33,187 bases of DNA, taken from the NCBI GenBank assembly GCA_031556525.1, contig JAVBSS010000032.1, positions 1 through 33,187 of the forward strand. The letters are read 5' to 3'. Positions 1-8,979 of the stretch are shown here, in pieces. A program made the position numbers and the translations under genes. Every line of letters starts with the position of its first letter. Within the stretch, counting starts at the first letter, position 1. This stretch comes from Lachnospiraceae bacterium. GTDB lineage: Bacteria > Bacillota > Clostridia > Lachnospirales > Lachnospiraceae. Under the pieces are notes generated by a model. That model was not told where the DNA came from. It ran no database searches and saw nothing but the letters and a program-made list of their open reading frames with translations.

Positions 1-4
1 AGAT

Positions 5-271
5 TTGAGATACCAGCTTAATGAATTCTTGAAGGATTTTGGGCATTGTGGTTATAGTGTACGTCCAACTGAACGTAATAAAGGATATGCTACAGAAATG
101 TTAACTTGTATTTGCTCAAAAGCAAAAGCTTATGGAATAAAGCAATTGCAACTTGCAGTAGAAAAAGATAACTTACCATCAATAAGAACAATATTAAAAA
201 ACGGTGGTAAGTACCAGCGTAGCTTTTTGTATGAAGATGAAACTGCAGACATATATATTATTGATTTATAG
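5..271 (+). CDS. GNAT-family N-acetyltransferase, C-terminal fragment (5' end lies outside the window)
   Basis: The ORF runs in from the window edge. The motif RPTERNKGYATEML fits the GNAT acetyl-CoA-binding loop (R/Q-x-x-G-x-A), and the C-terminal beta-strand region is typical of GNAT folds. Confidence 0.5.
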   Translation: MRYQLNEFLKDFGHCGYSVRPTERNKGYATEMLTCICSKAKAYGIKQLQLAVEKDNLPSIRTILKNGGKYQRSFLYEDETADIYIIDL

Positions 272-378
272 GAGTTTGAATGAAGGCATAAATCTTCTTG
301 AAAACGAATTAAACGAACTGGTTACAGATATATTAGAGTAAAGTGAAAAAGTAAGAATGAAAGATTAGTGGTGTTATT

Positions 379-1239
379 ATGTGGATATTATTTGCCTTTA
401 CTTCTGCATTTTTTGCAGGAATTACATCAATACTTGCAAAATGTGGAATTAAGAAAACAGACTCTGATATAGCCATGGCGTTCAGAACAATTGTTGTACT
501 AATATTTTCATGGATAATGGTTTTTATAACAGGTTCATGGAAAGATATTGGCATGATTGAGCCTAAGACTTGGGTATTCTTAATACTATCAGGTCTGGCA
601 ACAGGAGCTTCGTGGTTATGTTATTTTAGAGCTTTGCAGGTTGGCAATATAAATAAGGTAGTAGCAGTTGATAAAAGTAGTGTTGTATTAACTATGGTAC
701 TTGCCATAGTGTTTTTAAAAGAAGATATAACGCTGATAAAAGGGATTGCAATTATTTTAATTGGACTAGGAACATATTTGATGATTGGGAAAAGTAGCAA
801 GGAGCAAAGGTCTGCTAAGAAATCTACATGGATTATCTATGCTGTACTATCAGCAGTATTTGCTAGTTTAACAACTATATTAGGTAAGATAGGAATTACT
901 CATATAGAATCAAATCTGGGAACAGCTATACGAACTTTTGTAGTGCTTATAATGGCATGGATATTAGTAATCGCCAGTGGCAAAAAAAGTTTAGTAGGTA
1001 GTGTTCCCAAATTAGAAATAATATTTATATGTTTATCAGGAGTAGCAACAGGAGCCTCATGGCTTAGTTACTACAAGGCACTTCAAGATGGATATGCTAG
1101 TGTAGTTGTGCCTATTGATAAACTAAGTATTTTAGTGACTGTAGCATTTTCATATATAGTATTCAAAGAAAAACTTTCTAAGAAGGCTATACTAGGATTA
1201 ATATGTATAGTAGGTGGCACATTAATAATGATTATCTAG
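379..1239 (+). CDS. DMT-superfamily (EamA/GRP-like) membrane transporter, two tandem EamA repeats
   Basis: 286 aa, about 10 hydrophobic helices. The two halves are internally similar: each carries ...GASWLCYFRALQ / GASWLSYYKALQ... plus a 'V(V)P(I)DK.S' motif. Confidence 0.75.
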   Translation: MWILFAFTSAFFAGITSILAKCGIKKTDSDIAMAFRTIVVLIFSWIMVFITGSWKDIGMIEPKTWVFLILSGLATGASWLCYFRALQVGNINKVVAVDKSSVVLTMVLAIVFLKEDITLIKGIAIILIGLGTYLMIGKSSKEQRSAKKSTWIIYAVLSAVFASLTTILGKIGITHIESNLGTAIRTFVVLIMAWILVIASGKKSLVGSVPKLEIIFICLSGVATGASWLSYYKALQDGYASVVVPIDKLSILVTVAFSYIVFKEKLSKKAILGLICIVGGTLIMII

Positions 1240-2332
1240 CACCTAACAAATCATTTAACTGACCTATTAGATTAGAGTTACCTGACAATGATACGCTACC
1301 TACTTGCTTACAGATTTTCTCCATATACTCTAACTCTTTCAACTTGTAGAGAGTTTTATTCTCATCCATAAGTCTAGCAGTATTAAGTAAAGAACGAGTT
1401 GAAGCAACTTCCTCTCTTCTTGATATTACATTTGCTTGAGCAGTTTTCTCTGCTACTAATACAGTATTCATTATATCTTTTATCTCACCTGGTAAGACTA
1501 TGTCTTTGATGCCAGCTGATGTAAATGATACAAAATATGTAGAAGCATTTTCACAAAGTTTCTTATATATATCTTCGGAGATCGTAGTCTTTTGCTCTAA
1601 GATTTCATCTAAGCGATAGTTTCCAACCAACTCTCTGATTGCTAATTGGCAATAAGAATATAATTGATTATCCAAGTTGTTTATCTTGGATACTATGCCA
1701 GATGCATCAGTTATCTCATAAGAGCAAGATACATTGAGACGTATACCTATTTTATCAGCAGTTAAGATTTCTTGACCTATGATATTTAACTCTTTTAACT
1801 TCATATCAACTACCTTGCATGAGATATCTCTATTATAATTCCAGAAAGTATATGTACCAGTTGATAATTCTTTCTCTAATTTATGATCTAAATATAATAG
1901 ACCAACTTCACCCTCATTTATACAAAGCTTTGTATAAAATCTTGATGGTACAAATGATAAAGTATGTTTTGTTACCTCTTCTGACATTTCAAGATCGTTC
2001 ATTGATATTAAAGTATAAGTTACAGTTTCGAACACATTCCAGAAAACATATTCAGATTTATCCAAGCAAGCTTTCAAAGAACCATTAACATATAGTAAGC
2101 CTAAGTAACCATCAGGTACTTGTATTCTTACGGTGTTTTTCTTAAATAATTCGTCTGTTGCTAATATGTCATATGGAAGTGATTTGTAGTTAACAGATCC
2201 TTGCATTTCTTCTATGCATATTTTATAGCCAAAGCCCATTGGAAAATAGTATTTTCCAGCTCCTACTACTTTTATGAACTTGCCATTTTTAAGTACAAAT
2301 GCGCATTGATTAGCGCCTACATAATATTTCAT
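1232..2332 (-). CDS. SPFH/band-7 (stomatin-prohibitin-flotillin-HflK/C-like) domain protein lacking a TM anchor
   Basis: The C-terminal 200 aa match the SPFH pattern (TADKIGIRLNVSCSYEITDA..., LRELVGNYRLDEILEQKTTISEDI..., IKDIVLPGEIKDIMNTVLVAEKTAQANVISRREE). There is no hydrophobic N-terminus. The SPFH-start-like motif G.LGLLY..G.L....Y.FWN occurs twice. The RBS AGAGGAGG lies 8 nt upstream of the ATG. Confidence 0.5.
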   Translation of the reverse strand: MKYYVGANQCAFVLKNGKFIKVVGAGKYYFPMGFGYKICIEEMQGSVNYKSLPYDILATDELFKKNTVRIQVPDGYLGLLYVNGSLKACLDKSEYVFWNVFETVTYTLISMNDLEMSEEVTKHTLSFVPSRFYTKLCINEGEVGLLYLDHKLEKELSTGTYTFWNYNRDISCKVVDMKLKELNIIGQEILTADKIGIRLNVSCSYEITDASGIVSKINNLDNQLYSYCQLAIRELVGNYRLDEILEQKTTISEDIYKKLCENASTYFVSFTSAGIKDIVLPGEIKDIMNTVLVAEKTAQANVISRREEVASTRSLLNTARLMDENKTLYKLKELEYMEKICKQVGSVSLSGNSNLIGQLNDLLGAR

Positions 2333-2524
2333 TATAAATTCCTCCTCTATAATTTGAATTTAATTAATTGTTTTTGTAATTTTCTTATCCGCCCTAATAT
2401 AAATGCGGAATCCTTTTTTAGTAAAGGAAGTGTAGATGGATTGATAAACCAAATTCATTACATTCCGATACGGTATCCAAAAGATTTCAAGCTTTATACT
2501 AGGGTTACAGATAAGGTAGCACCA

Positions 2525-2602
2525 TATACACTAAGTTCGAAAAAACCGAACTAAGTGTATAGGTGTACATTCATACTAGGTTCGAAAAAACCGAACTAAG
2601 TA
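2525..2602. repeat. Two tandem, near-identical palindromic hairpin units (about 28-37 nt each; arms CTAAGTTCG/CGAACTAAG around an AAAAAAC loop)
   Basis: Units at 2525-2561 (15-bp stem, 1 mismatch) and 2574-2602 (11-bp stem, 1 mismatch plus 1 G-T). The shared core is (a/g)GTTCGAAAAAACCGAACTAAGT. Confidence 0.7.
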
Positions 2603-2696
2603 TTCATAGCACCCTAAGGCTTTTGGAGTTGAAATCGCTCAACTTTTTCATACACGTGACAGGTGTATAACATTCGCTTACCACTTGCGTATCGAT

Positions 2697-2724
2697 TCTT
2701 CAATCGAGGAGGATTCGAACCTCC
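2697..2724 (-). other. tRNA-like 3' fragment: T-arm GGAGG-TTCGAAT-CCTCC plus a 7-nt acceptor 3' strand and discriminator. No matching 5' half was found, so this is a possible tRNA remnant or att-site relic.
   Basis: The minus strand reads GGAGGTTCGAATCCTCC TCGATTG A. This is a canonical T-stem and T-loop (TTCGAAT) followed by acceptor-length sequence. Upstream on the minus strand I could not find a complementary acceptor 5' strand, a D-arm or an anticodon arm. Confidence 0.4.
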
Positions 2725-2910
2725 GAATAATGTTGTTTATTCATGTTGATTTTGAGCCAACATCGAGTCTACTTAACTCGTGATTTTTAATTACGGTATA
2801 CCTATAGATATAATCTAAGGCACCACACAGCAGTGAATAGTTCACAATACTGAAGTATAGTAATTTAAAAATCTATATACCAACCGGTACTTAATACCGG
2901 ATATGGACAT

Positions 2911-4152
2911 TTATCCTTTTACAACGCCTACTGTTTTTAACTTAAGGATAGGAGTAACCAAATCTTGCTGATTATCCATAACCGTATCAATATCCTTGTA
3001 GGCAAAACGACATTCCTCTGGAACATCTTTTTTCTTATGTTTACCAAGAACAACACCTTGTTCTCTTAGGTCTAAGATAACCTCTTCTACAGAAAAAGCA
3101 CTCATTGCACCTTTTCTTGAATATGCTCTACCAGCACCATGTGAAGAAGAATCAAAAGATTCAGGATTACCCTTACCTTCTACAATATAGCTGTAAGAAC
3201 CCATTGCTCCAGGGATAATGGCAATTTCACCATCGCGAACCCTAGTTGCACCTTTTCTATGAACCCATACATTTGCATCATAGTGGTTCTCAAGAGAAGC
3301 ATAATTGTGATGACAGTTAATAGAAGGTTCAAAATCAACATTAAGGTTAGTGTGTTTTTCTAGATAGCTTGCAACAATGTCACAAGTTCTCTTCATCATG
3401 CTCTCTCTGTTTTCATAAGCATAAGCAAGAGAAAGGTTCATCCAGTTAATATAATCTCTACCTGCTTTAGTATCTACTGGTAGAAATGCAAGTCTATATT
3501 CATCAGGAACACTAGAATACCATTTATTATTTAATTCCCTTGCAGCTTTGTGAAAATAATCACATACCTCTTTACCAAAGTGACGAGAACCTGAGTGAAT
3601 CATAATTCCTAAGTAACCCTCGTTATCTTCTTGCAATTCTATAAAGTGATTACCACCACCTAATGTACCTACTTGGTAATAACCATCTTCAATTAATGGA
3701 TGTAAATCAGGATTATTCTTATATTTATTCCATTCCTCCTTAGCAGTATCAAGTGCTAGGCAAGGTTGAGGTGTTTTATATCGATTAAAACCTACAGGAA
3801 TATTTCTTAAAATATCTCCAATAATTGCTTGAATCAAAGAACCATTTCCAGTTTCAATGTCTTTAATATCTTCAATCTTAATATTAGTACGAGTAAATAT
3901 CATACCGCAGCCAATATCAACACCAACTGCATTTGGGATAATAACATCTTTAGTGGCAATAACACCACCAATGGGCATTCCCATTCCGGTATGAGTATCT
4001 GGCATTAAACTAACCCATTTATGTATAAATGGTAAGTTGGCAAGGTGATATGCTTGCTCTAGACAACTATCCTCAATATCCCCTATTTCATTTAGCCACA
4101 CCTTAATTGGGTATTTAGTATTTTCATTGCAAATCACAAACATTTTCTTCAC
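2911..4152 (-). CDS. rtcB: RtcB-family RNA 3'-phosphate/2',3'-cyclic phosphate ligase
   Basis: 413 aa with the RtcB active-site signatures in order: PDTHTGMGMPIGG, NAVGVDIGCGM, GGGNHFIEL, HSGSRHFG, NCHHNY, SSSHGAGR. The RBS GGAAAGGGTG precedes the ATG. Confidence 0.9.
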   Translation of the reverse strand: MKKMFVICNENTKYPIKVWLNEIGDIEDSCLEQAYHLANLPFIHKWVSLMPDTHTGMGMPIGGVIATKDVIIPNAVGVDIGCGMIFTRTNIKIEDIKDIETGNGSLIQAIIGDILRNIPVGFNRYKTPQPCLALDTAKEEWNKYKNNPDLHPLIEDGYYQVGTLGGGNHFIELQEDNEGYLGIMIHSGSRHFGKEVCDYFHKAARELNNKWYSSVPDEYRLAFLPVDTKAGRDYINWMNLSLAYAYENRESMMKRTCDIVASYLEKHTNLNVDFEPSINCHHNYASLENHYDANVWVHRKGATRVRDGEIAIIPGAMGSYSYIVEGKGNPESFDSSSHGAGRAYSRKGAMSAFSVEEVILDLREQGVVLGKHKKKDVPEECRFAYKDIDTVMDNQQDLVTPILKLKTVGVVKG

Positions 4153-4312
4153 CCTTTCCTTAATTAATTGTTTTGTTGCTGTGTAATCGTAATATATGTT
4201 AAAATCGATATATTATGATTACCATTTATTTGCTGTGCTTTACTGAAACTTATAATAGAATATAATGGTAAATATATCATTTAAAAAAAGTTGCGAGGAT
4301 AGGAGGGAGAGC

Positions 4313-5557
4313 ATGTCTGAATTTAATGAGTTAATAAAAAGCTTTGGAAAAAGTAGAAACTATGTGAGAGACTTTTTTGTATATGGATTTAAATCTAGGG
4401 AAGATTTCTCCCATAAGAGTGCTCGAACTTATGATAATGAGAGAAGAAGGATTGAGAGTTGGTTGTCAGAATATATTCAAAGTGACTATACCAAATCAGT
4501 TAAGAAGATATCCCTAGCAATTGATAGTAATCAATTAGACACTAACCCGTTATATAGAGTGTGGAAATCTAAGAGTTTTACTGCAAACGATATTATGCTT
4601 CATTTCTTTATATTAGATATACTTAATGATAATGAAGATATAAATGCTGAAAGTGTTACAGACTTAATCGGAGAAAAGGCAGAGGTTGTATTCGATACAC
4701 AACTAGTTAGAAAGAAATTAAATGAATATAGCAAAGAAGGAATAATATTAAAGAAGAAAATAGGAAAAGAAATAGTATATAGAATTAATAATATAGAAGA
4801 AATAGAATCGTCTATGATGGATGCAATAAGTCTATATCAATTATGGGCACCACTCGGAATAGTAGGAAGTACATTGCTAGATAGATATAGCGTGAAAAAT
4901 AATATCTTCCGTGTAAAACATGGATTTTTTGTACATACCTTAGAAGATGAAGTTTTAACAGATATATTGCTTGCTATGAAAGAAGAAAAAGAAATTGAGA
5001 TAGAGAATAGAAGTACAGGTGGAAATCGTACTTGGTATAAGAAAAGTATTCCTCTTAAAATAATGGTAAGTACAAGAACAGGAAGAAGGTATGTATGTAC
5101 ATATAATAGTAGAACCAGAAGATATATGTGCATTAGATTGGATTATATTCAATCAATAAGTTTAGGAGATAAGGTTGAAAATTATGCTGACATGAGGGCG
5201 AGGGCAGAAAATAATTTTGCCAAAGCATGGGGTGTTTCATTTGGAGAAAATAGAAAAAGAGAGCCTGACTATATAAAACTAGTGCTCTATGTAAATGAAG
5301 AAACAGAACAATATATACTACATAGATTAGAAACTGAAATGCGTGGTGGAAGTATTACTAGACTAGGAGATAATACATATTGCTATGAAGTAGAATTGTT
5401 TGATGGAACAGAGATGATGCCGTGGATTCGTTCATTTATAGGAAGAATTATTTCTATAGAATCTAATAATGAACATATTGAACGTACTTTGAATAATGAT
5501 TTACAATACATGTACCAAATGTATGATTTAGATGATGAAAGTCTGGATAAAACATAA
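4313..5557 (+). CDS. WYL-domain protein with C-terminal WCX-like domain (regulator, PafB/PafC-like architecture)
   Basis: The WYL-like core reads PLKIMVSTRTGRRYVCTYNSRTRRYMCIRLDYIQSI. The C-terminus ...MMPWIRSFIGRIISIE resembles the WCX domain. The start at 4313 (MSEFNEL) is chosen because AGGAGGGAG sits 5 nt upstream. The track ORF begins at 4265. Confidence 0.6.
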   Translation: MSEFNELIKSFGKSRNYVRDFFVYGFKSREDFSHKSARTYDNERRRIESWLSEYIQSDYTKSVKKISLAIDSNQLDTNPLYRVWKSKSFTANDIMLHFFILDILNDNEDINAESVTDLIGEKAEVVFDTQLVRKKLNEYSKEGIILKKKIGKEIVYRINNIEEIESSMMDAISLYQLWAPLGIVGSTLLDRYSVKNNIFRVKHGFFVHTLEDEVLTDILLAMKEEKEIEIENRSTGGNRTWYKKSIPLKIMVSTRTGRRYVCTYNSRTRRYMCIRLDYIQSISLGDKVENYADMRARAENNFAKAWGVSFGENRKREPDYIKLVLYVNEETEQYILHRLETEMRGGSITRLGDNTYCYEVELFDGTEMMPWIRSFIGRIISIESNNEHIERTLNNDLQYMYQMYDLDDESLDKT

Positions 5558-5645
5558 GATGGTTCTAACTTAAAATATGTAGATTTTAAAAAATTCAAGA
5601 AAGTTTATAATATTATGTAGTTAAGACAATAAGAAAGGGGATAAT

Positions 5646-6617
5646 ATGGAATTATTTTCAGAGATATATGGTTGCTACTATCAAGTAGTGGGAAGTATTT
5701 TGAATGAAGCAACTAACAAATCTATTACAGTTAAAGATATGGAAAGTGTTATAAGTAAGTCAGGATATGATGAGAGTAACTTTTTTATTATTCCTAAATT
5801 AACTGATGGAGAGTGGAGTCTATTAGATAGTAGTGATGAGGGATATATTTCAAAGGTAGACACTGCGCATGCGTTACCGCTTACAACATTACAGAAAATG
5901 TGGCTGAAATCTTTATTAAGTGATATAAGAATAAGATTATTTTTAAATGATAGTGAAATAGAAAAATGGCAAGAATATTTAATAGATGTAGAACCTTTAT
6001 TTAAGGAAGATGATTTCTATTATTATGATAGGTTTAATGAGAGAGATCCTTATGAAGAGATAGAATATATAGATGTATTTAGACAACTAGTTATAGCAGT
6101 TAAGAATAAGCAATATGTTCATATAGATTTTTGTTCGGGACATGGAGTGGATATACACCGTATGTATATTCCTTGTCGTATTGAATATTCGGTTAAGAAT
6201 GATAAGTTCCGATTACTTGCAGTCTACAAAAGAAAGAATGGCATATATCATTTTGACACTATTAATATAGGAAGAATTAAGACAATACATCCTATGGATC
6301 TATATTGTGATGAAGACATTGATATAAATAGGATTATTACCAACTCCTATTATAAAGAACCATTAGAATTAATTATATATAATAATAGAAATGCCTTAGA
6401 ACGTACTATGTTGCATTTTGCAAACTATGAGAAGAATACATTTAAAATAGATGAAAATACTTATAAGTGTTATATATATTATAGTAAGACTATGGAGACG
6501 GAACTTTTAATAGAAGTATTATCATTTGGACCAATGGTTAAAGTGGTAGGGCCAAATAGGTTTTTAGAGCAACTTAAGGCTAGATTAATAAAGCAAAGGA
6601 GATATGAATATGAATAA
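5646..6617 (+). CDS. WYL-domain protein with C-terminal WCX-like domain (paralog of the upstream gene)
   Basis: The WYL-like core reads KFRLLAVYKRKNGIYHFDTINIGRIKTI. The C-terminal LIEVLSFGPMVKVVGPNRFLEQLKARL matches the WCX consensus. The RBS AAAGGGG precedes the ATG. The gene sits in tandem with the previous WYL gene. Confidence 0.65.
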   Translation: MELFSEIYGCYYQVVGSILNEATNKSITVKDMESVISKSGYDESNFFIIPKLTDGEWSLLDSSDEGYISKVDTAHALPLTTLQKMWLKSLLSDIRIRLFLNDSEIEKWQEYLIDVEPLFKEDDFYYYDRFNERDPYEEIEYIDVFRQLVIAVKNKQYVHIDFCSGHGVDIHRMYIPCRIEYSVKNDKFRLLAVYKRKNGIYHFDTINIGRIKTIHPMDLYCDEDIDINRIITNSYYKEPLELIIYNNRNALERTMLHFANYEKNTFKIDENTYKCYIYYSKTMETELLIEVLSFGPMVKVVGPNRFLEQLKARLIKQRRYEYE

Positions 6618-7785
6618 TTTTGATTTTTGCAGTCCAACTTATTTTGTCTTTGGAAAAGACAGAGAGAATGAGGTAGGAACATATGTTAAGAAGTATAATG
6701 GTACCAAAGTATTATTACATTACGGCGGAGGTAGTGTAATAAAAACAGGATTATTAGATAGAGTAAAGACTTCTTTATCAAATGAAGGTATAGAATATGT
6801 TGAACTTGGTGGAGTAGCGCCTAACCCAAGAAGTGGATTAGTATATGAAGGTATTAATTTGTGCAAGGAAGAGAATGTAGATTTCATACTTGCAGTAGGT
6901 GGTGGTTCAGTTATTGATTCGTCTAAGGCAATAGCAGCAGGTGTTCCTTATGACGGTGACTTCTGGGATTTCTATTCAGGAAAAGCTAGACTAGTTAATT
7001 CTCTGCCTGTAGGAACAGTATTAACAATTGCGGCAGCAGGAAGTGAAGGATCACCTGATTCAGTAATAACACATGAAGATGGAATGTTAAAAAGAGGGGC
7101 TGGCGGAGAATGTCTAAGACCTAAATTTTCTATACTTAATCCAGCATTAACTCAAACTGTATCAACATATCAAACAGGCTGTGGATCAACAGATATAATT
7201 GCTCATGTATTTGAGCGCTACTTTACAAATACAACTGAAGTAGAAGTTACGGATAGATTATGCGAGGCATTAATACTAACAATGATTAAAGAAACTCCAA
7301 GAGTGATAAGTGATCCGAATAATTATGATGCTAGAGCAAATATAATGTGGGCAGGAATGGTAGCTCATAACAATATTGTTGGTGTAGGTAGAGAGCAAGA
7401 TTGGAATAGTCATGGAATAGAACATGAATTATCAGCATTATATGACTGTGCTCATGGAGCAGGTCTAGCAGTAATCATGCCAGCTTGGATGAAATATGTA
7501 ATGAAACATGATGTAATGCGTTTTTGTCAAATGGCAACTCGTATATTTGGTTGTGAGATGAATTATGCGCAACCGGAAGTTACAGCACTAGAAGGAATAA
7601 ATAGATTCAAACAATTCTTATCATCAATAGGAATGCCAACTAGCTTTAGAGAATTAGGAGCTAAGGCAGAAGATATAGATTACTTAGTTGATACATTTGG
7701 ACTTGGTGATGGTAAAACAGGTGGATTTGTAAAGTTAACAAAAGAAGATATAAAGGCAATCTATGAAATAGCAGCAAATGAGTAG
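6610..7785 (+). CDS. Iron-containing (class III) alcohol dehydrogenase
   Basis: The Fe-ADH glycine-rich motif is AVGGGSVIDSSKAIAAG, and conserved His-rich segments (HNNIVG, WNSHGIEHELSALY, HGAGLAVIMPAW) are present. The ATG at 6610 has better RBS spacing than the one at 6604. Confidence 0.9.
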   Translation: MNNFDFCSPTYFVFGKDRENEVGTYVKKYNGTKVLLHYGGGSVIKTGLLDRVKTSLSNEGIEYVELGGVAPNPRSGLVYEGINLCKEENVDFILAVGGGSVIDSSKAIAAGVPYDGDFWDFYSGKARLVNSLPVGTVLTIAAAGSEGSPDSVITHEDGMLKRGAGGECLRPKFSILNPALTQTVSTYQTGCGSTDIIAHVFERYFTNTTEVEVTDRLCEALILTMIKETPRVISDPNNYDARANIMWAGMVAHNNIVGVGREQDWNSHGIEHELSALYDCAHGAGLAVIMPAWMKYVMKHDVMRFCQMATRIFGCEMNYAQPEVTALEGINRFKQFLSSIGMPTSFRELGAKAEDIDYLVDTFGLGDGKTGGFVKLTKEDIKAIYEIAANE

Positions 7786-7799
7786 ATTAGGGTGTAGAT

Positions 7800-8924
7800 A
7801 TGAATTATGTGTTTCCAGATTACTATAGCCAGTTTGAATGTATAGGAAGTGAATGTGAAGATACTTGTTGTGCAGGTTGGCAAATAGTAATAGACAATAA
7901 ATCAATGAAAAAATATATGGATTACAAGGGCGGTTTTGGGAATCGCCTTTGTAACTCTATAGATTTTAAGGAACAGACATTTAAACAATATAATAGAAGA
8001 TGTGCATTTTTAAATGAAGAGAATCTATGTGATATATACAGTGAAGCAGGAAAAGATATGCTTTGCAGAACATGTAAGAACTATCCAAGGCACATTGAAG
8101 AATTTGAAGGATATCGAGAAGTATCCTTATCTTTGTCATGCCCAATAGCAGCAAAGATTATGTTAACTAATACTAACAAGGTAACATTTATAGAAAAAGA
8201 AAAATCTTCTAGAGATGAGAGTTACGATGACTTTGATTATTTACTGTTTGATAAGTTATTAGAAGTAAGAGAAGCTATAATAAGTATTTTACAAAACAGA
8301 GAAATAAATATATATACAAGAATGGCAATGGTACTCGCACTTTCGCACGATGTTCAAACTAGAATTGACAAGAATTCTATATTTGAGATAGATGATGTTA
8401 TATGTAGGTATGCAAGAGAAGATGCATACATTAGATTTGAAAGCGAAGTAAACAGTAAGAAACAAAGTTGTACAGATAGAAAAGATATAATGAAAGATGT
8501 ATTTAGTATCTTTCGTAAGTTGGAAAAATTAAAGCCCAACTGGGAAAAGCAGATAGGAAAATACGAAGATATATTATATAGAAGAAACAGCTACGAAAAA
8601 CTTCTAAAATATAGACTAGATGATAATACATTTGAACAGTTAATGGTGTATTTTGTATTTACATATTATCTAGGTGCTGTATACGATTGCAACCAATATA
8701 GCAAAATGAAATTAGCAATTATAAGCACAATGTTAATAAATGAAATAGCGATGGCTACATATTATGAAAATGCTAACATATCTATAGAAGATATTATAAG
8801 AATCTCATATAGATATGCCAAGGAAGTAGAACATTCAGATATTAATCTTGATATATTGGAAAAAGAATTTATAAATAATAAAATCTATAGTATAGAAAAT
8901 ATTATTTATAAAATATTAATGTAA
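7800..8924 (+). CDS. FliB / YkgJ-like Cys-cluster protein (annotated in Firmicutes as flagellin lysine-N-methylase family)
   Basis: N-terminal cysteine cluster: FECIGSECEDTCCAGWQI ... CAFL..ENLCDIY...DMLCRTCKNYPRH. This is the CxxxC..CC plus CxxC..YP arrangement of the FliB/YkgJ family. Confidence 0.45.
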   Translation: MNYVFPDYYSQFECIGSECEDTCCAGWQIVIDNKSMKKYMDYKGGFGNRLCNSIDFKEQTFKQYNRRCAFLNEENLCDIYSEAGKDMLCRTCKNYPRHIEEFEGYREVSLSLSCPIAAKIMLTNTNKVTFIEKEKSSRDESYDDFDYLLFDKLLEVREAIISILQNREINIYTRMAMVLALSHDVQTRIDKNSIFEIDDVICRYAREDAYIRFESEVNSKKQSCTDRKDIMKDVFSIFRKLEKLKPNWEKQIGKYEDILYRRNSYEKLLKYRLDDNTFEQLMVYFVFTYYLGAVYDCNQYSKMKLAIISTMLINEIAMATYYENANISIEDIIRISYRYAKEVEHSDINLDILEKEFINNKIYSIENIIYKILM

Positions 8925-8979
8925 ATGTAAAACTATATATTTTTATATATGTTAGATTGTTCTATAGGGGGTGATTATT

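Noticed and set aside
2201-2554. A 117-aa plus-strand ORF across the SPFH gene start and the spacer
   Set aside because: It lies antisense to a well-supported gene, has low-complexity composition (FFYAYFIAKAHW...), no RBS, and runs through the hairpin-repeat region. It is most likely spurious.
2690-2800. A full-length tRNA gene on the minus strand, anchored on the GGAGGTTCGAATCCTCC T-arm
   Set aside because: No sequence 45-90 nt upstream on the minus strand can pair with the acceptor 3' strand TCGATTG, and no D-arm or anticodon stem is evident. Only a 3' fragment is supported.
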